Of a stretch of 32,000 nt of DNA, positions 1-7,702 are shown in pieces. This DNA is from an uncultured Lachnospiraceae bacterium. Its GTDB lineage: Bacteria > Bacillota > Clostridia > Lachnospirales > Lachnospiraceae. The DNA is taken from NCBI GenBank assembly GCA_910579615.1, contig CAJTUA010000003.1, forward strand, positions 97,230 to 129,229, written 5' to 3'. Made by a program: the position numbers and the translations under genes. Each line of letters opens with the position of its first letter. The first letter of the stretch is position 1. The notes below the pieces were generated by a model. That model saw nothing but the letters and a program-made list of their open reading frames with translations, was not told the origin of the DNA and did no database searches.

Positions 1-174
1 ATGAGAGGATATGTTATCTGTCATCCGAGGGCAACCGCAAGCCAGTATGTAATCCACAGGCTTGGGGATACGGAATATCTTTTTATCCAGTGGAAAAGCG
101 GGGATTACACGTTTGCGGGCAGAGAGCCGGGCTGGTATGTTTTTCAAAGGGCGAAGGGGAAGCATTCTGCTTGA
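1..174 (+). CDS. 3' end of a CDS that begins left of the window (hypothetical protein)
   Basis: Frame 1 is open from base 1 to TGA at 172-174 (...GDYTFAGREPGWYVFQRAKGKHSA*). No family recognised. Too short for the ORF track. Confidence 0.3.
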   Translation: MRGYVICHPRATASQYVIHRLGDTEYLFIQWKSGDYTFAGREPGWYVFQRAKGKHSA

Positions 175-199
175 CAATATTTACTGATAAAGGTACAAT
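171..199 (+). promoter_or_regulatory. SigA-type promoter
   Basis: TTGACA (171-176), 17-nt spacer, TACAAT (194-199). Lies upstream of the small ORFs at 232-887. Confidence 0.55.
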
Positions 200-231
200 G
201 ATAAAAGAAAAAATATAGGAAGGCATTGTCC

Positions 232-435
232 ATGCCTGTGTCTGTTTTGGTTCCGGCGAGAGCGAATATGTCACTGGCAGGGAAATTCTTATTTTCTTGT
301 GGTTGTTGGATGGGAATAATTCAAATTATTGGCAGTTTTTGTTTTGCAGGACGCCCTTTTCAGAATTGTGTTCCCATTCATATGAAACTGGGAAGTACAC
401 TGCGGATAGCAGACCAACTGTTTATAGCCAGATAA
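232..435 (+). CDS. small hypothetical protein (67 aa) with one hydrophobic segment
   Basis: ATG at 232 sits 8 nt after AGGAAGG (217-223). It is part of track ORF 226..435 and contains the hydrophobic stretch FLFSCGCWMGIIQIIGSFCFAG. No homology recognised. Confidence 0.3.
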   Translation: MPVSVLVPARANMSLAGKFLFSCGCWMGIIQIIGSFCFAGRPFQNCVPIHMKLGSTLRIADQLFIAR

Positions 436-440
436 ATGAA

Positions 441-887
441 ATGGGAGTTGGAGGCGTTGTTTTGGAGAAATTGTTGGCTTATGCAATTTTGTGTAATGGG
501 GAATTCATAACGGAAAACGCGTATAGGAAACGGCTTGATGAATTATTTCTCAACAACCCCGAAAACGATGATTTGCTCTATTTGGAATGGGAAACGGATG
601 TAAAAAAAGCGATTGCTTATGTGAGGGCGCATATGGATTGCGGAAATCTTGACCTTGAACGGTTTGGCAGAATTTTAATGAGCGAATTAAAAGTCGTTTA
701 TGAAAATTGTTTGGATATAAAATATTTTGCGGCTCGAATGTACCGCTTATGGGAAAGCCTTCCCGGGAACATTCAGAACATAGAACCATTTTGGACTCTG
801 AACTATGCGGATGACCCTCTGTCATGGGGAGATGAAGAACAGACCAGAAATATTTATGAGTGTATGTTTGGTTACTATAAGGATTGA
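441..887 (+). CDS. hypothetical protein (about 148 aa, predicted helical, no recognised family)
   Basis: Internal start of track ORF 297..887. ATG 441 has no clear RBS. In-frame TTG 462 is 7 nt after GGAGG (450-454), so the start is uncertain. The ORF is long for this AT-rich region. Confidence 0.5.
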   Translation: MGVGGVVLEKLLAYAILCNGEFITENAYRKRLDELFLNNPENDDLLYLEWETDVKKAIAYVRAHMDCGNLDLERFGRILMSELKVVYENCLDIKYFAARMYRLWESLPGNIQNIEPFWTLNYADDPLSWGDEEQTRNIYECMFGYYKD

Positions 888-935
888 TAATATAACAATT
901 CCAATGTAAGAATAGTTAGTGTGCAAAGGGTTTAT

Positions 936-977
936 TTTTGGCTTGATTTCCGGAATCGGACGGAAATCAAGCCAAAA
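936..977. repeat. perfect 17-bp stem hairpin (8-nt loop), function unknown
   Basis: TTTTGGCTTGATTTCCG (936-952) pairs with CGGAAATCAAGCCAAAA (961-977). No T-run follows on either strand, so it is not a classical terminator. Confidence 0.6.
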
Positions 978-1141
978 TTCAGGAAGAACTTATGCGTACA
1001 TACAAGATAAGTAATTGCGAAACAAGTTCAAAATCTTGATTCCAATAGGGCAAAGGTCCGGTTGAGCCGGGCTTACAGGAGGTGGATGTGGATAACAAGG
1101 ATTTTAAGACATGAAAACAAAGCAGATAAGGATATCTGCCC

Positions 1142-1417
1142 GTGAAACGGTATGCGGTATGTAAGGTTATGCAATCAGGGGTTTTAACTGCGGATATATT
1201 GATGCCTGTGCAGTTTATCAGCCACCATTACAGTAATAAGCTGGGCAAGAAGCGAGTGAGCCTTGTGGTCTATCCCAGCACATACAGCGATTTACAGAAA
1301 ATTGCCTATGTTGACCGTCAGAGCGTGAGTGATATTGTGTCGGAGTTGATTGCGCAGTATGTAGCCGACAACGCTGGAAAACTGAAAGAATACGAGAAAA
1401 TTAAACCTGATAAATAA
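1142..1417 (+). CDS. small putative ribbon-helix-helix-like DNA-binding protein
   Basis: Track ORF 1142..1417, with a GTG start 9 nt after AAGGA. The segment KKRVSLVVYPSTYSDLQKIAYVDRQSVSDIVSELIAQYV has the beta-strand/helix/helix pattern of CopG/Arc-type proteins. This is an assignment by pattern only. Confidence 0.45.
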   Translation: MKRYAVCKVMQSGVLTADILMPVQFISHHYSNKLGKKRVSLVVYPSTYSDLQKIAYVDRQSVSDIVSELIAQYVADNAGKLKEYEKIKPDK

Positions 1418-1422
1418 CAGGC

Positions 1423-1468
1423 ATAAGTTATATAATAGTGCGTATATTATTGGCATTATATAACTTAT
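1423..1468. repeat. 14-bp perfect inverted repeat carrying two TATAAT elements (candidate operator/promoter or terminator)
   Basis: ATAAGTTATATAAT (1423-1436) is the reverse complement of ATTATATAACTTAT (1455-1468). TTATATAATAG also occurs as a direct repeat at 1428-1438 and 1465-1475. Confidence 0.5.
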
Positions 1469-1864
1469 ATAATAGCAATAAAAGGGAAAAGCGAGGTGCG
1501 GCGGTGCATACAGTAATCAAGGGTACAAGTACAATAGAGCAATACAAGAAACTTAAAGCACTTATGGAGCAGAGAGCCAAAGAACATTATGAGAGCCACA
1601 AGAACGCCTTTGAAAATTGGCAAGAGGGCGATATAGCTAAGATATGGATAGACGGGCAAGGAAGAATGGGAAACAGAGCAACGGGAACAGCTTGAATGTG
1701 AGCAAGAAGAATTAAAATACTGTAAAGAACAGATTGCCGAGTATTGGGAAGAATATTCGAGCATGAATAAAAGCTGCCAGCAAGGCACATTTGATGAAGA
1801 ATGGGCGAAAGTCCTTGCATGGCGGCAGGAGTATCAGAAAATTTTAGAGGAAGAAACCGAATAA
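1438..1864 (+). pseudogene. small hypothetical gene apparently split by a 1-nt frameshift (or two overlapping small ORFs)
   Basis: The frame-1 ORF ends at 1695 (...AKIWIDGQGRMGNRATGTA*). Frame 2 is open 1652-1864 (TGKEEWETEQREQLECEQEELKYCKEQIAEYWEEY...ILEEETE*). The two frames overlap at 1652-1695. Confidence 0.3.
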
Positions 1865-1898
1865 ATTTCTCACCGTGAGAAAGAAAGGAAAAAGAGTG

Positions 1899-2042
1899 AT
1901 GAAAAAGAAAAATGTAGGGTTTGCGCTTCTCTTAATAGGGAATATTTTTGCGGCACCTGCCGATACAATCTTGTGGTATATAGGGGTAACAATAGGACTT
2001 GTTGGATTGATATTGGTTTGTTTTTCAAAAGAAGAAAATTAA
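1899..2042 (+). CDS. 47-aa membrane peptide (hypothetical)
   Basis: ATG 1899 follows AAAGGAAAAAGAG. The product is MKKKNVGFALLLIGNIFAAPADTILWYIGVTIGLVGLILVCFSKEEN, with two hydrophobic stretches. It is below the track length cut-off. Confidence 0.4.
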   Translation: MKKKNVGFALLLIGNIFAAPADTILWYIGVTIGLVGLILVCFSKEEN

Positions 2043-2074
2043 AAAAAGAAGGTATGAGAATATCCTCTTTTTTT
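2041..2074. terminator. weak A/T-rich hairpin between convergent genes (possible bidirectional terminator)
   Basis: AAAAAAAGAAGG (2041-2052) pairs with CCTCTTTTTTT (2064-2074) with one bulged A. The A-run and T-run give a U-tract in both directions. Confidence 0.3.
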
Positions 2075-2082
2075 AATCCCTT

Positions 2083-2820
2083 TTAGTAATTAAATGACGT
2101 ATATGCAGGAGAAGCTTTTTTAATTCCTGAAGCAAATCCAACACTCATACTAATTTCTTTTCCTCTTGAAAAAGAAACGTCAACAGAACTTGCTGTTATA
2201 ATAACGTGACCGTAGGAAGCACAGACATTTGCACTTCCAGATGAATTTGCTTTATAGACTTTAGCAACGAGAGTTACTTCATCTTGTCTATCAAACAATA
2301 ATAGGTCGACATCATGCGCTACTCCTTCTTCGGCGGAAACATCGTTTCGAGTAAGGGCATCAAAGTTAAAAAATGGCAATCCATTATAATCTTTAGTGTA
2401 AGTGTAGCCATAGTCATCGTAAAGAGTGAAATCATCAGACCATGAAATTCCAATACAATCGGTAAACTCATATAGAGGATTAACAAGCCATTCGCCTGTA
2501 GCAACGAATTTGAAAGCATCTCCGTAAACTCCGTCTGCTGCCATTTGTGATGAACTAAGACGAGTAGCTGTAACGGTGAGTTTGAAGTCGGAGGTAGGCA
2601 TTACTGCTCGTGAGGTGCTTCCTGTTTCTAAATCGTAGTAAGTGGTAGAAGCGAATACAAGTGTACCATCATCATTTTGAAGTTCTAGCTTTGTACTTTC
2701 AGGGAGATTGTCAACGACGGATTGTTGAATACTTTGGTCTACGGTAATGCCGGTATCTATAGTATAAGTATTTGCGTCAGATTCAGCGGCAAAAGCGGTT
2801 GCAGACATTCCCATAACCAT
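2083..2820 (-). pseudogene. 5'-truncated gene for a secreted protein of unknown function
   Basis: The ORF begins inside a signal peptide (LAAVMVMGMSATAFA|AESD). An in-frame TAG (2833-2835) lies immediately upstream of LAAV. The charged n-region and the original start are missing. AT-rich codon usage. Confidence 0.5.
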
Positions 2821-2912
2821 AACTGCGGCGAGCTAGTTCTGAAGTTTTGCGCTTTCAAAATTTGGAAGGGACTTTTTGGGCTTTTTTAGCCTTTTACTAA
2901 ACCATGCAGTTT

Positions 2913-3047
2913 TTAACTATAACTAGCACAACAGGTTAAGTTAATGGTATTTTCGAGAAGTTCAAGGAACGTATATTTATCGTTATCAAATTTATTTTGA
3001 CAATCGGTAAAAATATCTTTGAAAGAGAGCTGTTTATATGTTATCAT
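2913..3047 (-). mobile_element. N-terminal remnant (about 37 aa) of a DDE transposase, IS1182/IS4-like as I recall the family
   Basis: ATG at 3047 sits behind AAAGGAG. MITYKQLSFKDIFTDCQNKFDNDKYTFLELLENTINL matches the conserved N-terminus of a transposase common in gut Clostridia (from memory). Similarity ends near 2936, then the reading frame runs TCCASYS*. The remaining roughly 500 aa are absent. Confidence 0.5.
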
Positions 3048-3182
3048 GTAAATACATCTCCTTTTGGTGGATAGTTTTTGGACAACTCTATTATACCATG
3101 TCCTTCGGACATGCTGCCCCCGGCGGATGCACACGATTCGCCACGGAAATTGTTCTCCTAACGTCGGACGGCGAATCGGCGC

Positions 3183-3210
3183 TGGTATAATATCTGGCGA
3201 TATTATACCA
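3183..3210. promoter_or_regulatory. 12-bp perfect palindrome containing face-to-face extended -10 elements
   Basis: TGGTATAATATC (3183-3194), tggc, GATATTATACCA (3199-3210). It reads TGGTATAAT on both strands. The + copy is placed to drive the gene at 3322. Confidence 0.35.
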
Positions 3211-3321
3211 TAAACCATTGAGGAGATGTTTTATTTTTTAGAAAAAGAACCTCATATTTATGCGAGGTTCAGGGTTTCGCAATCACCTAGTACATACAAG
3301 AGTTTGAAAGGAGTTTGCAGC

Positions 3322-4410
3322 ATGGAAACATCCGCACAGCGTTCCGCCAGGCACTGTATGGCGATGCTCGCGCCGTTTGAGGCGTCCGACCCTAAAAACC
3401 GTGAGGGGCAGGAACAGTTTTACCGCTTGATGTACTCCATTTACGAAGGGATGTATACCGAGCCGGAGGCATGGTTTGTTTTCCCGGCTCCCTATGAGGA
3501 ATATATAAAAAAGAGGAAGGTGCGCGCGGCAGAGCAGAAAAAGGAGAAGGAGCATTCCAATGATTCCAGGGAGAGCACGCTGCGCAATACTTTCCAGCAA
3601 GCGATACAGTTTTATGCCATGTATTTTTATAATCTTGGCTTACAGGCGGAGCAGGTGGACAAGTCATCCGGAGCACTTCTGATTTCCTCTAAGGCTTACG
3701 CGGATGTACTGCAAAAGCTTGGCAGGCTGCACGAGTCAAAGTACAATGCGCAAAGATACGGAGTATTGGAAAAGCTTGGCATCCGCGTGCAGGAAGATGG
3801 CGGCATGGTGCGTGTTTTCCATGAGCGAGAACCTTACATGATGCAGGGGCTTATGTATCTGTGCAAAGCGCCGGAGAGCAAATATAAATGGATGAATTTC
3901 CTGCGTCTTGACTATAAAAATGCCTATTGTCCGATTCCGGCGGTGGCGGATATCTGCAGGACGCTGCCCGCGGAATATGCCGCGATAGTGGGGCGGCTAG
4001 AAGATGAATTCGCGGGCAGAAAAGTGAAGGTGCAGATAAAACCGCTGCGTGGGATTGTGTCGGATTTTTGCTGGAAAGTTCTGTACACATATAAGGGAAG
4101 CGGCATCTGTGGATTTTATGCCGACAATGAATCGTTTATGCTCTGCATCCATTTTAACCATTTTTCAAATATCACGGCATTTGCGAGTGCTTTGTACGAA
4201 GAAGACCGCGAACTTTTTACATGGTTTCGGGCGCAGTTCCCGGAGCGGCTGTGCAAATGCCCGAATAACCGGAGGGTTTCCTTTGCGGGGGAGGCGCGGC
4301 GGATTTGCGGACTGTGCAGCAGGGCGGAGATTGTGAATCCGACGCCGGAGGATGTTGACCGGGCGCTTACCGTTTTGAGGATGTTTCGGGGCAATGACGG
4401 CGTTTTTTGA
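3322..4410 (+). CDS. hypothetical protein, 362 aa, Cys cluster near the C-terminus
   Basis: Track ORF 3226..4410. ATG 3322 is 6 nt after AAAGGAG. GC-rich third codon positions. The motif CKCPNNRRVSFAGEARRICGLC lies near the C-terminus. No family recognised. Confidence 0.7.
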   Translation: METSAQRSARHCMAMLAPFEASDPKNREGQEQFYRLMYSIYEGMYTEPEAWFVFPAPYEEYIKKRKVRAAEQKKEKEHSNDSRESTLRNTFQQAIQFYAMYFYNLGLQAEQVDKSSGALLISSKAYADVLQKLGRLHESKYNAQRYGVLEKLGIRVQEDGGMVRVFHEREPYMMQGLMYLCKAPESKYKWMNFLRLDYKNAYCPIPAVADICRTLPAEYAAIVGRLEDEFAGRKVKVQIKPLRGIVSDFCWKVLYTYKGSGICGFYADNESFMLCIHFNHFSNITAFASALYEEDRELFTWFRAQFPERLCKCPNNRRVSFAGEARRICGLCSRAEIVNPTPEDVDRALTVLRMFRGNDGVF

Positions 4411-4590
4411 GGAAGATTTTATTATGCGGATGAAAAAGGAAATGGTGGATGCCGGGGATAAATGAGGCAGAGAATGAGCTTTTGGGGAGGACAGAGGCGT
4501 TTGTGGTGGGATTGCAGGCGCAGTAAAATTTATAAGGATTTTTACGATATTAATTTGTGCAAGAATAGAAAGATAAAAAGGAATCGAAAA

Positions 4591-5214
4591 ATGATGGAAA
4601 TTGATTTTATCAAAGCGGACACGGAAAAATACTTGGAATTTGCAAAGGATGTTTACATGGAGGCATTCCCGGAAAATGAGCGGAAGCCGTTTTCTATGTT
4701 GGTGGACGGGCAGGAAAAGGGGAATGTGGAGATTTTGATAGGGAATCTGTGCAGGGATGATTTGCCGTATCCGAACGGGTCCGGGATGACGGCGGAATTT
4801 AAAGATGAAGGGGCGGGGGAGGTTTGCCCGGCCGCGCTGATTGTTTTGGCAAAGCATGCCGATGTAATACTCTTAGACTATTTCGCGGTAAGGGAAGGAT
4901 TTCGCGGGCGGGGCGTTGGCGCAGATATTTTGCGGAAATTGCAGGAGCGGTGTAAGGGGAAACGGCTTTTGCTGGAAATTGAGAGCACGAAGGTGGAAGC
5001 GGAAAATTTAGCGCAGAGGCTTTCACGCAAGAGGTTTTACGAGCGCTGCGGGATGCGGTGTATGGATTATTCGGTGGATGTACTTGGCGTTGCGATGGAA
5101 GTGCTCACGTTTGGGTGCGAGGTTGGTTTTGCAGAGTACCGGGTCGTTTATGAGGAAGTCTATGGGGCAGAGATTGGGGCGCAGGTACGGCTTGCCGGGA
5201 AAGAGATAAGATAG
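4591..5214 (+). CDS. GNAT family N-acetyltransferase
   Basis: Track ORF 4462..5214. ATG 4591 follows AAAGGAA. It has the acetyl-CoA-binding signature (FAVREGFRGRGVGADILRKL) and a C-terminal RKRFYERCGM motif typical of GNATs. Confidence 0.8.
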   Translation: MMEIDFIKADTEKYLEFAKDVYMEAFPENERKPFSMLVDGQEKGNVEILIGNLCRDDLPYPNGSGMTAEFKDEGAGEVCPAALIVLAKHADVILLDYFAVREGFRGRGVGADILRKLQERCKGKRLLLEIESTKVEAENLAQRLSRKRFYERCGMRCMDYSVDVLGVAMEVLTFGCEVGFAEYRVVYEEVYGAEIGAQVRLAGKEIR

Positions 5215-5245
5215 GGGAAATTTGTAAATAAAGGAGGACAAAAAA

Positions 5246-6397
5246 ATGCTTTGTGTAAAAAATGGTTTCATCCATGACGCAATCCACGAGGAGGCATTCG
5301 TGGCGGACATTCTCGTGGAAAACGGGAAAATTGCGGCAATCGGGGAGAATCTAAAGGGAAAAGAAGGCGCGCGCGTAATGGATGCAAAAGGGCTCCATGT
5401 GTACCCGGGCTTTGTGGAGGCGCACGGACATATTGGCCTGGATGGATACGGCATTGGCTATGAGGGGATGGATTACAATGAGATGAATGATATTATCAGC
5501 CCTCAGATGCGTGGGATTGACGGCATCAAGCCCCTTGACCCGGCGTTTGCACATGCGGCGGCAGCGGGTGTCACCTGCGTCTGCGTAGGACCGGGCAGTG
5601 CGAATGTCCTTGGGGGTACCTTTACCACGATAAAAACAGTGGGGAAGCGCGTGGAGAATATGCTTGTGCGCGATGCGGTTGCCATGAAATGTGCATTCGG
5701 CGAAAACCCGAAACGGGTGTACCGCGACAAGAAGGATTCCAGCCGCATGACGACCGCGGCATTGCTGCGGGAGGCATTGTTCAAGGCGAGGGAATACATG
5801 GAGAAAAAAGAGGCGGCAGGGGAGGATATTTCCAAACGGCCTGCCTTTGATATGAAATGGGAAGCGCTGATTCCGGTGCTGAAACGGGAAATCCCATTGA
5901 AGGCGCACACGCACGCAGCGGAGGATATTTTTACAGCGCTGCGCATTGCGAAGGAATTTGATGTGAGAATTACGTTGGAGCATGTGACGGAAGGGCATTT
6001 AATTGTGGAAGAACTGGCAAAGGAAAATGTGCCTTTGGCTGTGGGACCAACGCTGACGAGCGCGTCCAAATTTGAGCTGCGCAACAAGAGTTGGACAACG
6101 CCGGGCGTATTGGCGGCAGCAGGCTGCCAAGTCTCCATCATCACGGATTCCCCAGTGATTCCACAGGAATATCTTCCGCTCTGCGCAGGTCTGGCGGTTC
6201 ATGCGGGCATGGACCCGTTCGCAGCATTGCAGGCAATCACCATCAATCCGGCAAAACATGCGGGGATTGCGGACAGGGTCGGCTCCCTTGAAGTCGGCAA
6301 GGACGCGGACATGGTGATTATGGACGGATGCCCGTTTGAAGTCTCCACAGAAGTGAAATATGTGCTGGTTGACGGGGAAGCGGTGCACTGCCCATAA
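5246..6397 (+). CDS. metal-dependent amidohydrolase family protein
   Basis: ATG 5246 follows AAAGGAGG. The N-terminal beta-sandwich is followed by the HxH metal motif (PGFVEAHGHIG). The C-terminal GSLEVGKDADMVI motif is typical of the amidohydrolase superfamily. Confidence 0.85.
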   Translation: MLCVKNGFIHDAIHEEAFVADILVENGKIAAIGENLKGKEGARVMDAKGLHVYPGFVEAHGHIGLDGYGIGYEGMDYNEMNDIISPQMRGIDGIKPLDPAFAHAAAAGVTCVCVGPGSANVLGGTFTTIKTVGKRVENMLVRDAVAMKCAFGENPKRVYRDKKDSSRMTTAALLREALFKAREYMEKKEAAGEDISKRPAFDMKWEALIPVLKREIPLKAHTHAAEDIFTALRIAKEFDVRITLEHVTEGHLIVEELAKENVPLAVGPTLTSASKFELRNKSWTTPGVLAAAGCQVSIITDSPVIPQEYLPLCAGLAVHAGMDPFAALQAITINPAKHAGIADRVGSLEVGKDADMVIMDGCPFEVSTEVKYVLVDGEAVHCP

Positions 6398-6638
6398 CGG
6401 CGCAAACGGTAGCCCACAATATAAATGAAAAAATGAAGTGATGAAAAATGGAATTGTCTTGCACCACATTGTTTTTTTTGCAGGGCAGGGCGCGTCGGAA
6501 GCTGCTATAATTCAAATGGAACTTAAAATTAGTATATGCCCTCTACAGCACCGGGGAATTTTTGGAATGAAACGGACAAAAATTTTCCGCTGCGTCCTGG
6601 GAGAGCGCGTAAAAAACGAAAAACAGGAGGTACCGGAG

Positions 6639-7565
6639 ATGGAATGGTTAGAAAAAATGAACGACGCCCTGCGCTATATAGAAGAAAATTTGGAAAACGG
6701 TATTGATTACCGCATGGCGGCGCAGATTGCATGTTCTTCCCTGACAAGATTTCAGAAAATGTTCACCTTTGTGACGGATATTACCATAGGGGATTATGTG
6801 CGTTACCGGAAAATGACGTTGGCAGCACAGGAATTGAAAGAAACGGATATAAAAGTAATTGACCTGGCTGCAAAATACGGGTATGATTCGCCGGATGCGT
6901 TTACAAGGGCGTTCCGGGCTTTTCATGGAATATCCCCTTCCGATGCCCGGAACAATGGAAAAACAAGGGAGTATCCGCCGATTAGCTTTCAAATCAGCGT
7001 TCAGGAGGGGGATACAATGCTGGGCGGAAAAACGTTGATTCGTATGGAGCAGCTGCATTGCCGTGCGGTGGAATTCCGGGTGAATTGCATGGAACCGGAG
7101 AAGCACGCATGGAATTTGATGCGCGAATGGGTTCTGAAAAACCTCCGTGATTATGAGGTGCGCCGATATATTGGCTACGCGCCGTGCGGGCACCATCCGG
7201 AAGGAGAGGGGGAAAATGTGCATGAATATTGTGCGCTGTTTCTTCTCCATGACGATGAGGGAAAGGATGGGGAATATTTTGGTGCAAAGGTGGTAGATGC
7301 ACCCAGAGGCGTGTTCCTTGTAGGCGATGTGGTTCTCAATGAGTATTTTGAGGACTGCACCATCGACATTGGTCTGTCCATGAAAAATGCGTCACAGACA
7401 ATCTATGAATGTATGAAAAACATGGGCGGTTATGAACTGGATTTTGACGGGCGCACATATCTTGAGGAACATTTTTTTAAGAAGGAGTGGTTTACTGCGG
7501 ATTGCCACGAGGCGATTTTGCCGGAATATAGATTTTGGCTGCCGATAAAAAAGCAGTCGGTGTAA
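6639..7565 (+). CDS. AraC-family transcriptional regulator with a C-terminal GyrI-like effector-binding domain
   Basis: Track ORF 6438..7565. ATG 6639 is 8 nt after AGGAGG. It has an AraC HTH signature (IDLAAKYGYDSPDAFTRAFRAFHGISPSDAR) followed by a domain of about 190 aa. Confidence 0.85.
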   Translation: MEWLEKMNDALRYIEENLENGIDYRMAAQIACSSLTRFQKMFTFVTDITIGDYVRYRKMTLAAQELKETDIKVIDLAAKYGYDSPDAFTRAFRAFHGISPSDARNNGKTREYPPISFQISVQEGDTMLGGKTLIRMEQLHCRAVEFRVNCMEPEKHAWNLMREWVLKNLRDYEVRRYIGYAPCGHHPEGEGENVHEYCALFLLHDDEGKDGEYFGAKVVDAPRGVFLVGDVVLNEYFEDCTIDIGLSMKNASQTIYECMKNMGGYELDFDGRTYLEEHFFKKEWFTADCHEAILPEYRFWLPIKKQSV

Positions 7566-7605
7566 AATGAATAAAATGTGAGTTTTTGAATCGGACTGTA
7601 ACAGA

Positions 7606-7641
7606 AAGGACGCGGTTTTTTGGGAATAAATCCGCGTCCTT
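7606..7641. terminator. 10-bp GC-rich hairpin between convergent genes
   Basis: AAGGACGCGG (7606-7615) pairs with CCGCGTCCTT (7632-7641) around a 16-nt T-rich loop. It sits between the araC-like and nifU 3' ends. There is no clean U-tract, hence moderate confidence. Confidence 0.4.
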
Positions 7642-7702
7642 CCCAACATAGGCAACCCAGGAACCGAATCTGTAATTTTTTGGCACAGGCAATCGGAAAG
7701 TA

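Noticed and set aside
2913-3218. 101-aa ORF taken as an intact gene
   Set aside because: Only the last 45 codons (from ATG 3047) resemble a transposase N-terminus and have an RBS. The upstream 56 codons run through the promoter and hairpin region.
4425-4466. 13-codon mini-ORF (MRMKKEMVDAGDK) with a GAGGAAG RBS after the 362-aa gene
   Set aside because: It is too short to support from sequence alone. There is no associated attenuator structure or conserved motif.
4165-6469. Long antisense and alternate-frame ORFs (4165..4857, 5023..5454, 5351..5998, 5503..6144, 5999..6469)
   Set aside because: They overlap confidently assigned sense genes (the hypothetical protein, GNAT and amidohydrolase). 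They have low-complexity or biased composition and no start context.
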